Notes under the pieces: generated by a model
What the model saw: the letters and a program-made list of their open reading frames with translations, nothing else
Database searches by the model: none
What the model was told of the DNA's origin: nothing
Program-made: the position numbers and the translations under genes
DNA from: Thermoproteota archaeon
GTDB lineage: Archaea; Korarchaeota; Korarchaeia; Korarchaeales; Korarchaeaceae
DNA length: 64,000 bases
Assembly: GCA_027491415.1 (NCBI GenBank)
Contig: JAOZFH010000018.1
Coordinates: 16,856 to 80,855, forward strand
Direction of reading: 5' to 3'
Shown: one piece after another, positions 9,571-19,080 of the stretch
Layout: the number at the start of each line of letters is the position of its first letter
How positions within the stretch are numbered: the first letter of the stretch is position 1

Positions 9571-10516
9571 CCCCCTCCTCCGCCACCGGAACCACCCACC
9601 CGAAGTACGGCTTCCTGAGGGAGACCGCCCTTAGGTATATCTGCCTGAGTTCCTCGTCGCTGGCCCCCGATCTCATGGAACTAAGGAAGTCCACGGTGTT
9701 TTCCTCTAGAAACAGGCACGGCTTGAAGCGGCCGTCGCTTGTTATCCTTATCCTTGTGCACCTCGCGCAGAAGTCGGGGTTCCCCATTGGCCCGACCAGC
9801 TCCACCTCAACCCCGCCCACGTCGAAGACCAGCCGGTTCTGCATGTCGTGTCTGATGTGGACGAGCCTACCCCCCAGCCCCTTGACGGTCTCGACGAGCT
9901 CCTCGAGCGTGATCCCGTACCTCCTTATTAGGGGGGACTCCGGATCGGCATCCTCCAGCTGAATGAGCTGAACCACGGCTCCGACGTCCCTGGCAAGGTC
10001 GATGAGTTCGCGCGTCTCATCCTCATTCACGCCTCTCAGGAGGACCCTGTTCAGCTTGAGCTGCCTGAACCCGACGGCCGCGGCGGCCTCTACCCCCCGG
10101 ACGACCTCTCTCAGCATGTCCACCCGTGTTATGGCACGGAACCTCTCAGGGTACAGGCTGGGGAGACTCACGTTCAGCCTGTCTAGGCCAGCGTCCCTCA
10201 GCTCGGCGGCCAGGCCCGCGAGCTTCGACCCGTTGGTCACCATGCTCAGGTCGGCTATTCCATCCACCTCCGAGATGCGGCGGACTATTTCGACTATGTC
10301 GGGTCTGACGGTGGGCTCGCCGCCCGTGAGCTTCACCCTCGAGACGCCGGTCTCGGCCAAGATCTTTACGATCCTCCCTATCTCCTCCGCGGTCATCTCT
10401 GCGCCGTTGGGTACGTACCCCTCCCTGTGGCAGTAGAAGCAGGAGAAGTTGCAGGCGCTCGTGACGGATATCCTGACGTTGTGGACCGGTCGATCGAACG
10501 GGTCAACCACCCTCAA
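9551..10516 (-). CDS. moaA: GTP 3',8-cyclase
   Basis: RISVTSACNFSCFYCHREG, LTGGEP, FCARCTRIRITSDG.KPCL. Confidence 0.95.
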   Translation of the reverse strand: MRVVDPFDRPVHNVRISVTSACNFSCFYCHREGYVPNGAEMTAEEIGRIVKILAETGVSRVKLTGGEPTVRPDIVEIVRRISEVDGIADLSMVTNGSKLAGLAAELRDAGLDRLNVSLPSLYPERFRAITRVDMLREVVRGVEAAAAVGFRQLKLNRVLLRGVNEDETRELIDLARDVGAVVQLIQLEDADPESPLIRRYGITLEELVETVKGLGGRLVHIRHDMQNRLVFDVGGVEVELVGPMGNPDFCARCTRIRITSDGRFKPCLFLEENTVDFLSSMRSGASDEELRQIYLRAVSLRKPYFGWVVPVAEEGGVVAGR

Positions 10517-10558
10517 TTCGATCGAAGGCCCGGCTGAGGAGGAGGTAAAAAACCCACC

Positions 10559-11239
10559 TCAACCCCACGGGGTTCCCTCTTCGACCCATCTGCCGCCCTT
10601 TTCGGTGATTTCCTTCTTCCAGATCGGAACCCTGCTCTTAACGGCGTTAACCACGCGAGCGATCGTCTCGAACGCCTCCTTCCTGTGCTCGGCGGCCACG
10701 GCCACCAGCATCACGGGATCTCCCGGCTCCCTCACGCCGAGAGCGTGGTAGATCGCGACGTCCCTGATCCCCCTTGTCTGGAGCGCCTCCGCCCGGATTA
10801 ACTCCATCTCCCTGAGGGCCATCTCCTCGTAGGCCTCGTACTCCAGCCGGCGCACCCTGCCCTCCGGAGAGTGCCCCCTGACCACGCCGACGAACACAAC
10901 CACGGCCCCAGCCTCCCCGGACTCAGGAGACACCTCCGAAAGCAGGTCATCCACCGAGGGAAGTTCGTCGAAGAGGCCCACCTTGGGCCCCCCGCCCGAC
11001 ACAGGAGGGAAGACGGCCACCAGATCCCCGTCGCGCAGGGAGTCGTCAGGCCTCGCGAAGCGTCCGTTGACCGCCACGACGACCCTGCCTTCCTCGAGCC
11101 TTGCGACTATGTCGGGGATTAGACCTTCGAGTTTCCTAACTAGGTCCTTTACCTTCGAACCATCCCCCAGTTCCATATCCAGCTGAGACCTACCGGCAGC
11201 CTCCCTGAACGAGGCGAAGAGCCTCACTTGGACCCGCAC
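10559..11239 (-). CDS. MoaD-MoaE fusion (molybdopterin synthase)
   Basis: Ubiquitin-like N-domain ending PPVSGG fused to MoaE (FVGVVR, LEYEAY, HRKEAF, KSRVPIWKKE). Confidence 0.92.
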   Translation of the reverse strand: MRVQVRLFASFREAAGRSQLDMELGDGSKVKDLVRKLEGLIPDIVARLEEGRVVVAVNGRFARPDDSLRDGDLVAVFPPVSGGGPKVGLFDELPSVDDLLSEVSPESGEAGAVVVFVGVVRGHSPEGRVRRLEYEAYEEMALREMELIRAEALQTRGIRDVAIYHALGVREPGDPVMLVAVAAEHRKEAFETIARVVNAVKSRVPIWKKEITEKGGRWVEEGTPWG

Positions 11240-11309
11240 GGGGGTTCGGAACGGGGGTGGGAAATAAAGCCGTGGCTCTCCTTATAGCCACCCCGGAACG
11301 ACGTATCCG

Positions 11310-12281
11310 GTGCCTCTACCCCCCGGACCCGTCTACGTGGAGATCTTGAGGGCAGCCAGCTCGGTTCCCAGGGGGAAGCTGACGACCTTCGGAGAGATAG
11401 CGAGGACGCTCGGCGACTACAGGGCGGCCAAGGCGGTGGCCGAGGTGATTTCGGTCATGGGGAGGGCCTACGGGGTTCCGTGGCATAGGGTAGTGTCGTC
11501 GCGGGGCGAGATCCTGCGCGGGGCAGAGGACCCCCTGAGGGAGGAGGGCGTCGTCGTTAAGGGGGGGAGGGTGGTTGACCTGACTAGAAGGCTCGTAGAA
11601 GCCGGAGAACTCGAGGCCAGGCCCATTCTGGCTGAGATGAGAAGAACTCAACGGATATTGGCCGAGAGAGTGGTTTTGGAGGACGAGGTCGAGAGGCCAG
11701 AGCTCGTTGCGGGGGCCGACGTGGCGTACCGCTGGGAGCGCGACGAGGGGGGCCTCCCAGTCGAGGTCGCAAGAGGGGCCGTCGTCGTCGTGGACACGGA
11801 TCTCAGGGTGGTCGACGGGTCTATTCAGATCTCTCCGGCGGTAATGCCCTACGTGCCGACCTACCTGGGCTTTCGAGAGTTCCCGGCCCTGGCACGGGCG
11901 CTGTCGAGGCTGAGCTTTGACGTGGCAATGATGGACGGCCACGGAATTGCGCATCCGGTGTTCTTCGGTGAGGCCAGCCACGTCGGAGTCTGCCTCGACA
12001 TTCCAGCCCTAGGGGTGGCCAAGCGGAGGCTGGTCGGTAAGATCCGCGGAGAGGAGCTGATCTACATGACCAGGCAGGTGGGGTGGGCCCTCCCGGTGAA
12101 GCCTGAGGGCAGGCCGGTCTACGTCTCTCCCGGCCACAAGGTGTCCTTGGAGGGCTCTGCCGAGGTAGTCAAGAAGTTCAGGGGAGGAACGAGGATTCCC
12201 GCGCCTGTGAGGCTTGCCCACAAGTTAGCTGAGTTTCCCAAGCCGGGAGAGGGTCGCTTTGGTGAGGCTTCAAGTCTTTAA
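11310..12281 (+). CDS. Alkyltransferase-like (ATL) domain fused to endonuclease V
   Basis: N-term VPRGKLTTFGEIA...PWHRVV; C-term GADVAY, PYVPTYLGFRE, DGHGIAHP, GVAK, YVSPGH, RLAH. Confidence 0.9.
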   Translation: MPLPPGPVYVEILRAASSVPRGKLTTFGEIARTLGDYRAAKAVAEVISVMGRAYGVPWHRVVSSRGEILRGAEDPLREEGVVVKGGRVVDLTRRLVEAGELEARPILAEMRRTQRILAERVVLEDEVERPELVAGADVAYRWERDEGGLPVEVARGAVVVVDTDLRVVDGSIQISPAVMPYVPTYLGFREFPALARALSRLSFDVAMMDGHGIAHPVFFGEASHVGVCLDIPALGVAKRRLVGKIRGEELIYMTRQVGWALPVKPEGRPVYVSPGHKVSLEGSAEVVKKFRGGTRIPAPVRLAHKLAEFPKPGEGRFGEASSL

Positions 12282-12329
12282 CGTTTATGCCCGACAGCGC
12301 CTCCACGATCCAATTTGCCGCGGAGGCTG

Positions 12330-13754
12330 ATGGCCCACCCAATTCTCGAGTTCGACAGGGGGAGAGAGGTCGAGTTCAACTTCGAGGGCAGGCGAATAAG
12401 GGCCTTTGAGTCGGAGAGCATCGCCGCAGCCCTTGTGGCCGAGGGGATCCTCACCCTGGGCTGGAGCCCAAAGAGGCGGAGACCAAGAGGGTTCTTCTGC
12501 GGAATCGGGAAGTGCTCCTCCTGCCTGATGACCGTGGACGGCGTTCCAAACGTCAGGACGTGCATCACACCCGTGAGGGACGGCGTGGAGGTCCGGAGGC
12601 AGCGCCCCCTCGGCGAACTCCCAAAGGCCCCCCCTCCCGAGGCCAAGGCCGGCGAGCTGGACGTCGACCTCCTGGTGATAGGCGGCGGCCCGGCTGGGCT
12701 GTCTGCCGCCATAGAGGCGTCCAGGCTCGGGGCCAGGGTGGCCATCGCAGACGAGAACGTGAGGCCCGGCGGGCAGCTGATCAAGCAGACCCACAAGTTC
12801 TTCGGGTCGAGGGAGAACTACGCTGGCGTGAGGGGAATAGAGATAGCGAGGATCCTCCTCAGGGAGCTAGACGGGCTAAGCGCCACATGGCTCACCCGGG
12901 CGACCGTCATCGCCGATTACGCGGGTAGATCGCACGACGTCGTGGTGAGCACGCCCGAGGGGCCCTGGAGGATCAGGGCGGACGCGGTGGTGGTCTCCAC
13001 CGGGGCCACGGAGAACATGATCCCCTTCCCGAACAACGACCTGCCGGGGGTGATGGGGGCTGGCGGGCTGCAGACGCTCATGCACGTCTTCGGGGTGGTG
13101 CCCGGGGAGAGCGCCCTGATCGTGGGCGCCGGAAACGTGGGACTCATACTGGCCTACCAGCTCCTCCAGGCCGGGGTTGACGTCAAGGCGATCGTGGAGA
13201 TAATGCCGAAGATCGGGGGCTACGCGGTGCACGCCGCCAAGGTCAGGAGGATGGGGGTCCCCATTCTCCTGAGGCATACCCTCAGGAGGGCGGTCGGGAG
13301 GGAGAGGGTGGAGGGGGCGGAGATAGTCCGGGTGGACGAGAGTTTCAGGCCCATCGAGGGCACCGAGGAGCGCTTCGACGTGGACATGATCGTGCTGGCG
13401 GTGGGACTCACGCCCTCCACGGAGGTACCCCGGCAGGCTGGGGCCGCGTGGGACTACGTGCCGGAGCTGGGAGGGCCCGTCCCGATACACGACCCTTACC
13501 TCAGAACCTCCGTGGAGGGTATGTACGTGGCTGGAGACTCCTCGGGCATTGAGGAGGCGACGACGGCCATGCTGGAGGGGAGGGTGGCGGGCGCGCACGC
13601 CGCCGCCGAGCTGGGACTGAGGCCTGACAGGGCCGAGGGGGTGATCAAGGAGGCCCTTCGCCAGCTCGAGTCGTTCAGGAGCGGCCCGTTCAGCGCGAAG
13701 GTCGTGAGAGGCAAGCAGAGGGTGTGGGAGAGGGCCAGGGAGGTGATCGGATGA
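12330..13754 (+). CDS. Proline dehydrogenase/sarcosine oxidase alpha-like subunit (2Fe-2S + FAD)
   Basis: FCGIGKCSSC...RTC, GGGPAG, GGQLIKQTHKFFG, GAGNVG, AGD. Confidence 0.9.
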   Translation: MAHPILEFDRGREVEFNFEGRRIRAFESESIAAALVAEGILTLGWSPKRRRPRGFFCGIGKCSSCLMTVDGVPNVRTCITPVRDGVEVRRQRPLGELPKAPPPEAKAGELDVDLLVIGGGPAGLSAAIEASRLGARVAIADENVRPGGQLIKQTHKFFGSRENYAGVRGIEIARILLRELDGLSATWLTRATVIADYAGRSHDVVVSTPEGPWRIRADAVVVSTGATENMIPFPNNDLPGVMGAGGLQTLMHVFGVVPGESALIVGAGNVGLILAYQLLQAGVDVKAIVEIMPKIGGYAVHAAKVRRMGVPILLRHTLRRAVGRERVEGAEIVRVDESFRPIEGTEERFDVDMIVLAVGLTPSTEVPRQAGAAWDYVPELGGPVPIHDPYLRTSVEGMYVAGDSSGIEEATTAMLEGRVAGAHAAAELGLRPDRAEGVIKEALRQLESFRSGPFSAKVVRGKQRVWERAREVIG

Positions 13755-14236
13755 GCGAGCCCGGCGTCATTCCGGAGGATGTGCTGGCCGAGCTCCTCCC
13801 GCCGGACGAGAAGGCCGAGGGAAGAGCCGTCGCGGTCATAGAGTGCCACGAGGAGATCCCATGCGACACCTGCAGGTGGGTGTGCCCCGTCAAGGCGGTC
13901 ATCAAGCCCGCCATCACGACTCCGCCGAGGTGCGACTGGGACGCGTGCATCGGGTGCGGGACCTGCGTGCTGGCCTGCCCCGGGCTGGCGATCTTCATGG
14001 TGAAGCTCGACGGGGAGTGGGCCGAGGTGTCCGTCCCGTACGAGTTCCTCCCTGTCCCCAAGAGGGGGGAGGTCGTCTGGGCTCTGGACAGGGTGGGCAG
14101 GAGGGTGGCGACGGCCGAGGTGGTTAGGGCGGTGACGTCAAAGGACAGGACCTCCATGGTCACGATCAGAGTACCGAGGGGGCTGGCCCACAGCGTGCGG
14201 GCAATCCTCCCGCCGGAGGAGGGGACGGAGGGGTGA
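13751..14236 (+). CDS. 4Fe-4S ferredoxin subunit
   Basis: C.EEIPCDTCRWVCP and CIGCGTCVLACPG; ATGA overlap with upstream gene. Confidence 0.9.
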   Translation: MSEPGVIPEDVLAELLPPDEKAEGRAVAVIECHEEIPCDTCRWVCPVKAVIKPAITTPPRCDWDACIGCGTCVLACPGLAIFMVKLDGEWAEVSVPYEFLPVPKRGEVVWALDRVGRRVATAEVVRAVTSKDRTSMVTIRVPRGLAHSVRAILPPEEGTEG

Positions 14237-14243
14237 TGGTGGG

Positions 14244-14561
14244 TTGGCGGGCGAGGACGAGGTGACGATATGCAGGTGCGAGGATGTTACGATGGCTGAG
14301 GTCCTGGAGGCGATCAGGGTCCACGGCGCCAGGACGCTCGACGAGCTGAAGCGAATACTGAGGATCGGGATGGGGCCGTGCCAGGGGAGGACCTGCCTGA
14401 GGCTGGCCGCCGGGGTCTTGGCGAGGGAGCTGGGGGTCCCCGCCTCAGAGGTCATGCGAGAGCTCCCGAGGGTCAGGCCCCCCATAGTGCCCGTCCCCAT
14501 TGGACACCTGGTCCTGCTTGGGACCGGAGGGCGCGAGCCCAAGGGAGGGGGTGATCCGTGA
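14244..14561 (+). CDS. BFD-like [2Fe-2S] subunit
   Basis: ICRCEDVT...GMGPCQGRTC...RPPIVPVP. Confidence 0.9.
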   Translation: MAGEDEVTICRCEDVTMAEVLEAIRVHGARTLDELKRILRIGMGPCQGRTCLRLAAGVLARELGVPASEVMRELPRVRPPIVPVPIGHLVLLGTGGREPKGGGDP

Positions 14562-15715
14562 GGCGGCCGAGGGAGAGTTACGACGTCGCCGTGATTGGGG
14601 CGGGGATAATCGGCTGCGCGACCGCCTACTACCTCGCCAGCAGGGGACTGAGCGTTGCGGTCTTCGACCGCTCCTACATAACCTCGGGGGCGACAGGCCG
14701 CTGTCCTGGCGGGATAAGGCAGCAGTGGTCCACCGAGGATCATGTCAGACTGGCGATGAAGAGCGTCGAGATCTACAAGAACCTCGACCAGGAGCTGGGC
14801 GTTGAGACCGGATATAGGCAGGGCGGGTACTTGATCCTGGCGAAGACCGAGCGGGAGGTCAAGGACTTCGAGAGGAACATGAGGATGCAGAGGTCACTCG
14901 GCCTCCCCGTCAGGTGGCTGGAGCCCGGGGAAATTCGGGAGATAGTGCCCGAGCTGGACGTCGAGGGTATAGGGGCCCTTGGGGCGGCCTGGAATCCGAC
15001 AGACGGGTACGCGGATCCTTTCAAGGTCACGTTCGGCTATGCGAGGGCCGCCGAGAGGCTGGGGGCCGAGATATTCACCTTCACGGGGGTGGAGAGGGTA
15101 ATCGTGGAGGACGGCCAGGCCAGGGGCGTCAAGACCTCCAGGGGAGTAGTCAGGGCGGAGTGGGTCGTCAACGCGGCCGGAGCCTGGTCAAGGCTGGTCG
15201 CCGAGACGGCTGGGGTCAGTCTGCCCAACAAGCCCTACAGGCACGAGATACTGGTCACCGAACCAGTCAAGCCCTTCCTGAGGCCAATGGTGATCTCCTT
15301 CCACGACAACGTCTACTTCAGACAGTCCTCCCGGGGCGGGATAATCGGCGGCTGGGGAGACCCTAACGAGAAGCCGGGATACAACTTCGAGTCCAGCCCT
15401 AGGTTCCTGATCACCATGGCGAGACTCCTGGCCAAGTACATCCCTCCGCTGAGGGGGGTGAGGGTCGTCAGACAGTGGGCGGGTCTGTACGACGTCACCC
15501 CGGACGCGCGTCAGATCACGGGCCCTGTTAGGGGCGTTGAGGGCTTCATACAGGTCAACGGCTTCAGCGGGCACGGATTCATGATGGGCCCGGCCACAGC
15601 CCACCTGGTGGCCCAGTTCATAGCAGGGGAACCCCTTGACCTCCCACTGGAGCCGTTCTCGCCCGACAGATTTGAGAGAGGCGCGTTCGAGGGTGAAACG
15701 GCGGTGGTGGGGTAG
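14558..15715 (+). CDS. FAD-dependent oxidoreductase, proline dehydrogenase beta-like
   Basis: VIGAGIIG, GATGRC.GGIRQQ, WAGLYDVTPD, GFSGHGFM. Confidence 0.92.
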   Translation: MRRPRESYDVAVIGAGIIGCATAYYLASRGLSVAVFDRSYITSGATGRCPGGIRQQWSTEDHVRLAMKSVEIYKNLDQELGVETGYRQGGYLILAKTEREVKDFERNMRMQRSLGLPVRWLEPGEIREIVPELDVEGIGALGAAWNPTDGYADPFKVTFGYARAAERLGAEIFTFTGVERVIVEDGQARGVKTSRGVVRAEWVVNAAGAWSRLVAETAGVSLPNKPYRHEILVTEPVKPFLRPMVISFHDNVYFRQSSRGGIIGGWGDPNEKPGYNFESSPRFLITMARLLAKYIPPLRGVRVVRQWAGLYDVTPDARQITGPVRGVEGFIQVNGFSGHGFMMGPATAHLVAQFIAGEPLDLPLEPFSPDRFERGAFEGETAVVG

Positions 15716-15740
15716 GCGACCTCCCGCGCTGGGCGCGAGG

Positions 15741-16478
15741 CTACTCGAGGTGCTTGGCTATCGCCCTCAGGAGGTCCATCTCAGTCACTATGCCGACGAG
15801 CCGCCCCGCCGTCACCACCGGTAGCGCGCCTACCCCGGCCTCGGTGGTCCTCCTGACGGCGGCCATCACCCCGAACTGGGGGCTCACGGTCAGAGGATTC
15901 TTGGTCATGACCCTCTCCACAGGACCAAAGAAGGAGTCGGCGGCCGAGACATCCTCCTCGCACCCCGAAGCCAGGGCCACGAGATCCCGCGCCGTCACTA
16001 TGCCGAGGAGTTTGCCGCCCTCGTCCACCACGGGGTACCTCCTGAACCCGCCCTCGACCATGCCCCTGACGGCCATGTAAACCGGGTCGCCGGGCTTCAG
16101 GGTTCTCACATCCCGGGTCATGATCTCTTCGACGCTCTCCCGGACCTCTACAGAGTCTTTTAGGGCGTTGAGGAGGTCCCTCTCGGTAACTATGCCTAGC
16201 AGCCTTCCACTCTCGTCAACCACCAGCGCGGCTCCCGCGTCGGTCGACAGCACGGTCTCCAGCACATCCTTTATCGGGGCATAGGGGTCGACGACGGCGG
16301 GAGGGGCGTGGAGGACGCTCTTTAGGGGTTTTCTAAGGGCCTCTATTACGCAGGAGCGACCTGCGTCCGGTCTGATGGCCTCCGAGATGGCCTTCAACAC
16401 GTCTCTGGCCGTCACGAGCCCGATCACTCGGCCCTCCTCCAGCACCGGCAGGCGCCGGAACCACCCCCTCGTCATCAC
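15741..16478 (-). CDS. Tandem CBS-domain protein
   Basis: Four CBS repeats (GLVTARD, GIVTERD, GIVTARD, GIVTEMD); frame stays open upstream to a possible CTG at 16559. Confidence 0.9.
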   Translation of the reverse strand: MMTRGWFRRLPVLEEGRVIGLVTARDVLKAISEAIRPDAGRSCVIEALRKPLKSVLHAPPAVVDPYAPIKDVLETVLSTDAGAALVVDESGRLLGIVTERDLLNALKDSVEVRESVEEIMTRDVRTLKPGDPVYMAVRGMVEGGFRRYPVVDEGGKLLGIVTARDLVALASGCEEDVSAADSFFGPVERVMTKNPLTVSPQFGVMAAVRRTTEAGVGALPVVTAGRLVGIVTEMDLLRAIAKHLE

Positions 16479-16647
16479 CTTGGCTGCCTTCAGAATAGCG
16501 TCTTCAGGTCGGGCGGTGACTACTGAGAGCGTGGAGATCTCTATAGCCTTCCTCTTCAGCCCAAGACCCCCGGGGATGGGCGCGCCGCCAATTTGTTTAA
16601 AACATTCACACTAATCGCGTAGAGACTGCCCTCAATGTCCAAAGATC

Positions 16648-16947
16648 TCATGGGAACATTGGCTCGGCCCTCTGAGCCTCGCGGTTCCACACCATGAGCT
16701 TATCCCCCTTTTTCTCCCTTGGAATAACCATTAGGCGCCTGTTGGCTTGCTTCAGGGGGAGAATGAAGTACTCTTCCACCGCCCCGTCGTCTCCGATGAG
16801 CACGAGCTTGTACTTGTCCTCCGTCCTCTCCATGGTCTCCGGGTCCAGATACTCAATCAGGGCAAACTTACCCCTCCTGACTAGGGCTCTCACCTCCACC
16901 CTACCCTTTTTGGAGACGGTCAACACTTCTTCGGGGAACTCGGGCAT
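16648..16947 (-). CDS. Hypothetical protein
   Basis: Protein-like composition from ATG 16947 (MPEFPEEVLTVSKKGRVEVR...); ORF open to 17052. Confidence 0.6.
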   Translation of the reverse strand: MPEFPEEVLTVSKKGRVEVRALVRRGKFALIEYLDPETMERTEDKYKLVLIGDDGAVEEYFILPLKQANRRLMVIPREKKGDKLMVWNREAQRAEPMFP

Positions 16948-17149
16948 CCTTGATCGGGCGGGTCTTCCGCCCGCAAAAAACGTTTCACCAGGCAGATAGA
17001 CCGCCCCCACGACCCGCTCGAAAAGGCTCGCTTGGTTCGCATCCCTCGTCATCGTCGTCCTCGGACCTCTCGGTATGGTGGGGGGTAGAGAAACCTCGGT
17101 TTCGCTAGGGTGAAGCGAGGTATAAAGGTCGTTTCGCCATTACGTCGAC

Positions 17150-18505
17150 TTGATGGCCGCGCTAGGGCCCTGGAGGGCCGCCGCTGGGGCGATGCTGCTA
17201 GCGATGACTTTGGGCTACCTTCTGTCTCAAGGCGATCTGAGGCTCGTCGGACCACCCACGGCTCCTGTGCAGGGGTATTTGGCTGGGAAGTTGTGCGGCA
17301 GGCTGCCCGACGGCCGCACCGTTGGGGCGTTGGTGGATCTGAGGATCGAGGACTTGGCCCTCTCGCAGGTGTTCAAGACGGGATGGCCCGCGTACGTCTC
17401 CGTAAAGCTGTGGGGAAAGCTGGACAACTCGGAGATCGGGGAGTCCCTCGGCTTGGATTCGAGGGCTGTAGTCAAAATGTCGGGGGGAGGATTTGAGACC
17501 TGCTATCTAGGGGACCGCGATATCGAGGTGGCGAGGTTTCACGTACACCTCCACCCCCGTACCGAGGACGAGCTGATGGGCGGTGGGGAAGTCGGGGCCC
17601 TGGGGAGAGGTGTAGATGTGATCGTCGGGCAGATCGGCTACACCCTAAGACTCACGGACGGCGACGGGAGGGAGGTCTGGAGGTTGGACGCCCGCCCTCC
17701 CTTGTTTGAGGGCTCCTGGGTGGATTACTCTCCCGGGTACGACTTCACAACGTGGAGCTGGCGAAGGTGGGGCTGGTTCCTGGTGCCCGACCTCCAACCC
17801 GGCAACTACACACTTGTGGTTGTAGTGATAGATCTGCTCACCAACCTCACGGCCAGGGCGACTAGGCCCGTGGAGGTTGCGCCAGGCGAGGACCCCAGAT
17901 CCATCTTCAGACCCGAGCCCATCGGGATAGAGGGGGGCAAGGCAGCTCGTCGCGGGTTCCTGAGGCAGGCAGCCCTGTTGGGTTGGGGGACGTGTTGGAC
18001 GTCGGAGGGGATGCTTTGGGATGTCCAAGTCGGCCTCACGGGTGACCCGAGGCCAGCGTGGGCGTGGAGGGCGACCCTGATCTCCATGGCGGAGGGCAGG
18101 CCTCGCGTGGTCTTCGCGTCGATGTGGATACTCTCCGACGAAGGGCGAGCCTCCAGGTGGATGCTCTCCCTCCACCAACGCGGGTCTGAGTACGTAGAGG
18201 AGCTGAGGGGTCTAGGCAGTGAGGCCGTGATCCTGCGTGACCCCAGAAGCACCTTTAAGGACCCGGAGACGGGAGAGGTGGTGACGACCGGGGCGAGCGT
18301 CGAACTGGTGTTCAGGAAGGGTAACGTCGTCGTGAGCCTGTACTCCGAAGAGTTCAACCTCACCCCCCAGGCGCCAGCTCGGGGGATCTGCTCGTTGCGG
18401 GCCGACCGAGCAGTGGAGACCGCCCTGCCGTACGATGCGGAACTCCTAGCGCTGGCTGAGGCGATGGACTCAGCCCTCTCGAAGACTGCTGGATCAGGTG
18501 GGTAG
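17150..18505 (+). CDS. Hypothetical secreted/membrane-anchored protein
   Basis: N-terminal hydrophobic signal; Ig-like segment PGNYTLVVVVIDLLTN. Confidence 0.6.
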   Translation: MMAALGPWRAAAGAMLLAMTLGYLLSQGDLRLVGPPTAPVQGYLAGKLCGRLPDGRTVGALVDLRIEDLALSQVFKTGWPAYVSVKLWGKLDNSEIGESLGLDSRAVVKMSGGGFETCYLGDRDIEVARFHVHLHPRTEDELMGGGEVGALGRGVDVIVGQIGYTLRLTDGDGREVWRLDARPPLFEGSWVDYSPGYDFTTWSWRRWGWFLVPDLQPGNYTLVVVVIDLLTNLTARATRPVEVAPGEDPRSIFRPEPIGIEGGKAARRGFLRQAALLGWGTCWTSEGMLWDVQVGLTGDPRPAWAWRATLISMAEGRPRVVFASMWILSDEGRASRWMLSLHQRGSEYVEELRGLGSEAVILRDPRSTFKDPETGEVVTTGASVELVFRKGNVVVSLYSEEFNLTPQAPARGICSLRADRAVETALPYDAELLALAEAMDSALSKTAGSGG

Positions 18506-19025
18506 GTTGAAGCCTAGTGCCCGGAAAGGCCTGACTCTGGCCGCCCTATTTGCCTCCATGTTGGCTCTCACGAATCTGCTCGTAAAGAGGGAGACCCTCG
18601 TGATCTTGATGCCCGGTGGCGACAGGCTCGTGGTGACTAGCCCACTAATGTACAGCCTCGGGGAGACTCTCCTCATATCTGCCGCGTCGGCCGCGGCCGG
18701 ATTCTCTTTGGCCCTTCTCCTAGCTGGGAAGGGGGGTAACTCCGCCGGCCCTGAATTCCGGGGGCTGACTCGGAGCCCGAGTGCGGAGGAAGTGTTGAGG
18801 ATGCTTGACCCCAGGGACAGGGAGATAGTCAGGTTCCTCATTAGGAAGGGAGGTGAGGCGCTCCAGCGGGAGGTGTGGGCGGAACTCGGGATGAGCAGAG
18901 TGACTGCGTCAAGGAGGCTGGACTCTCTGGAGGAGAGGGGGGTCGTGGTCAGGGAGAGGGTGGGGGGAACATACAGGGTCAGGCTGAATGACTGGCTCAG
19001 GAGGCTCGCGTCGGTGGGAGGCTGA
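18498..19025 (+). CDS. Membrane-anchored winged-HTH regulator
   Basis: Two N-terminal TMs then LDPRDREIVRFL..GGEALQREV..ELGMSRVTASRRLDSLEERGVV. Confidence 0.8.
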   Translation: MGRLKPSARKGLTLAALFASMLALTNLLVKRETLVILMPGGDRLVVTSPLMYSLGETLLISAASAAAGFSLALLLAGKGGNSAGPEFRGLTRSPSAEEVLRMLDPRDREIVRFLIRKGGEALQREVWAELGMSRVTASRRLDSLEERGVVVRERVGGTYRVRLNDWLRRLASVGG

Positions 19026-19080
19026 ACTACCACGCCGCTTCCCGACCCGCCCTTTGAGCAACGCCGAACGAGGCCGGATG

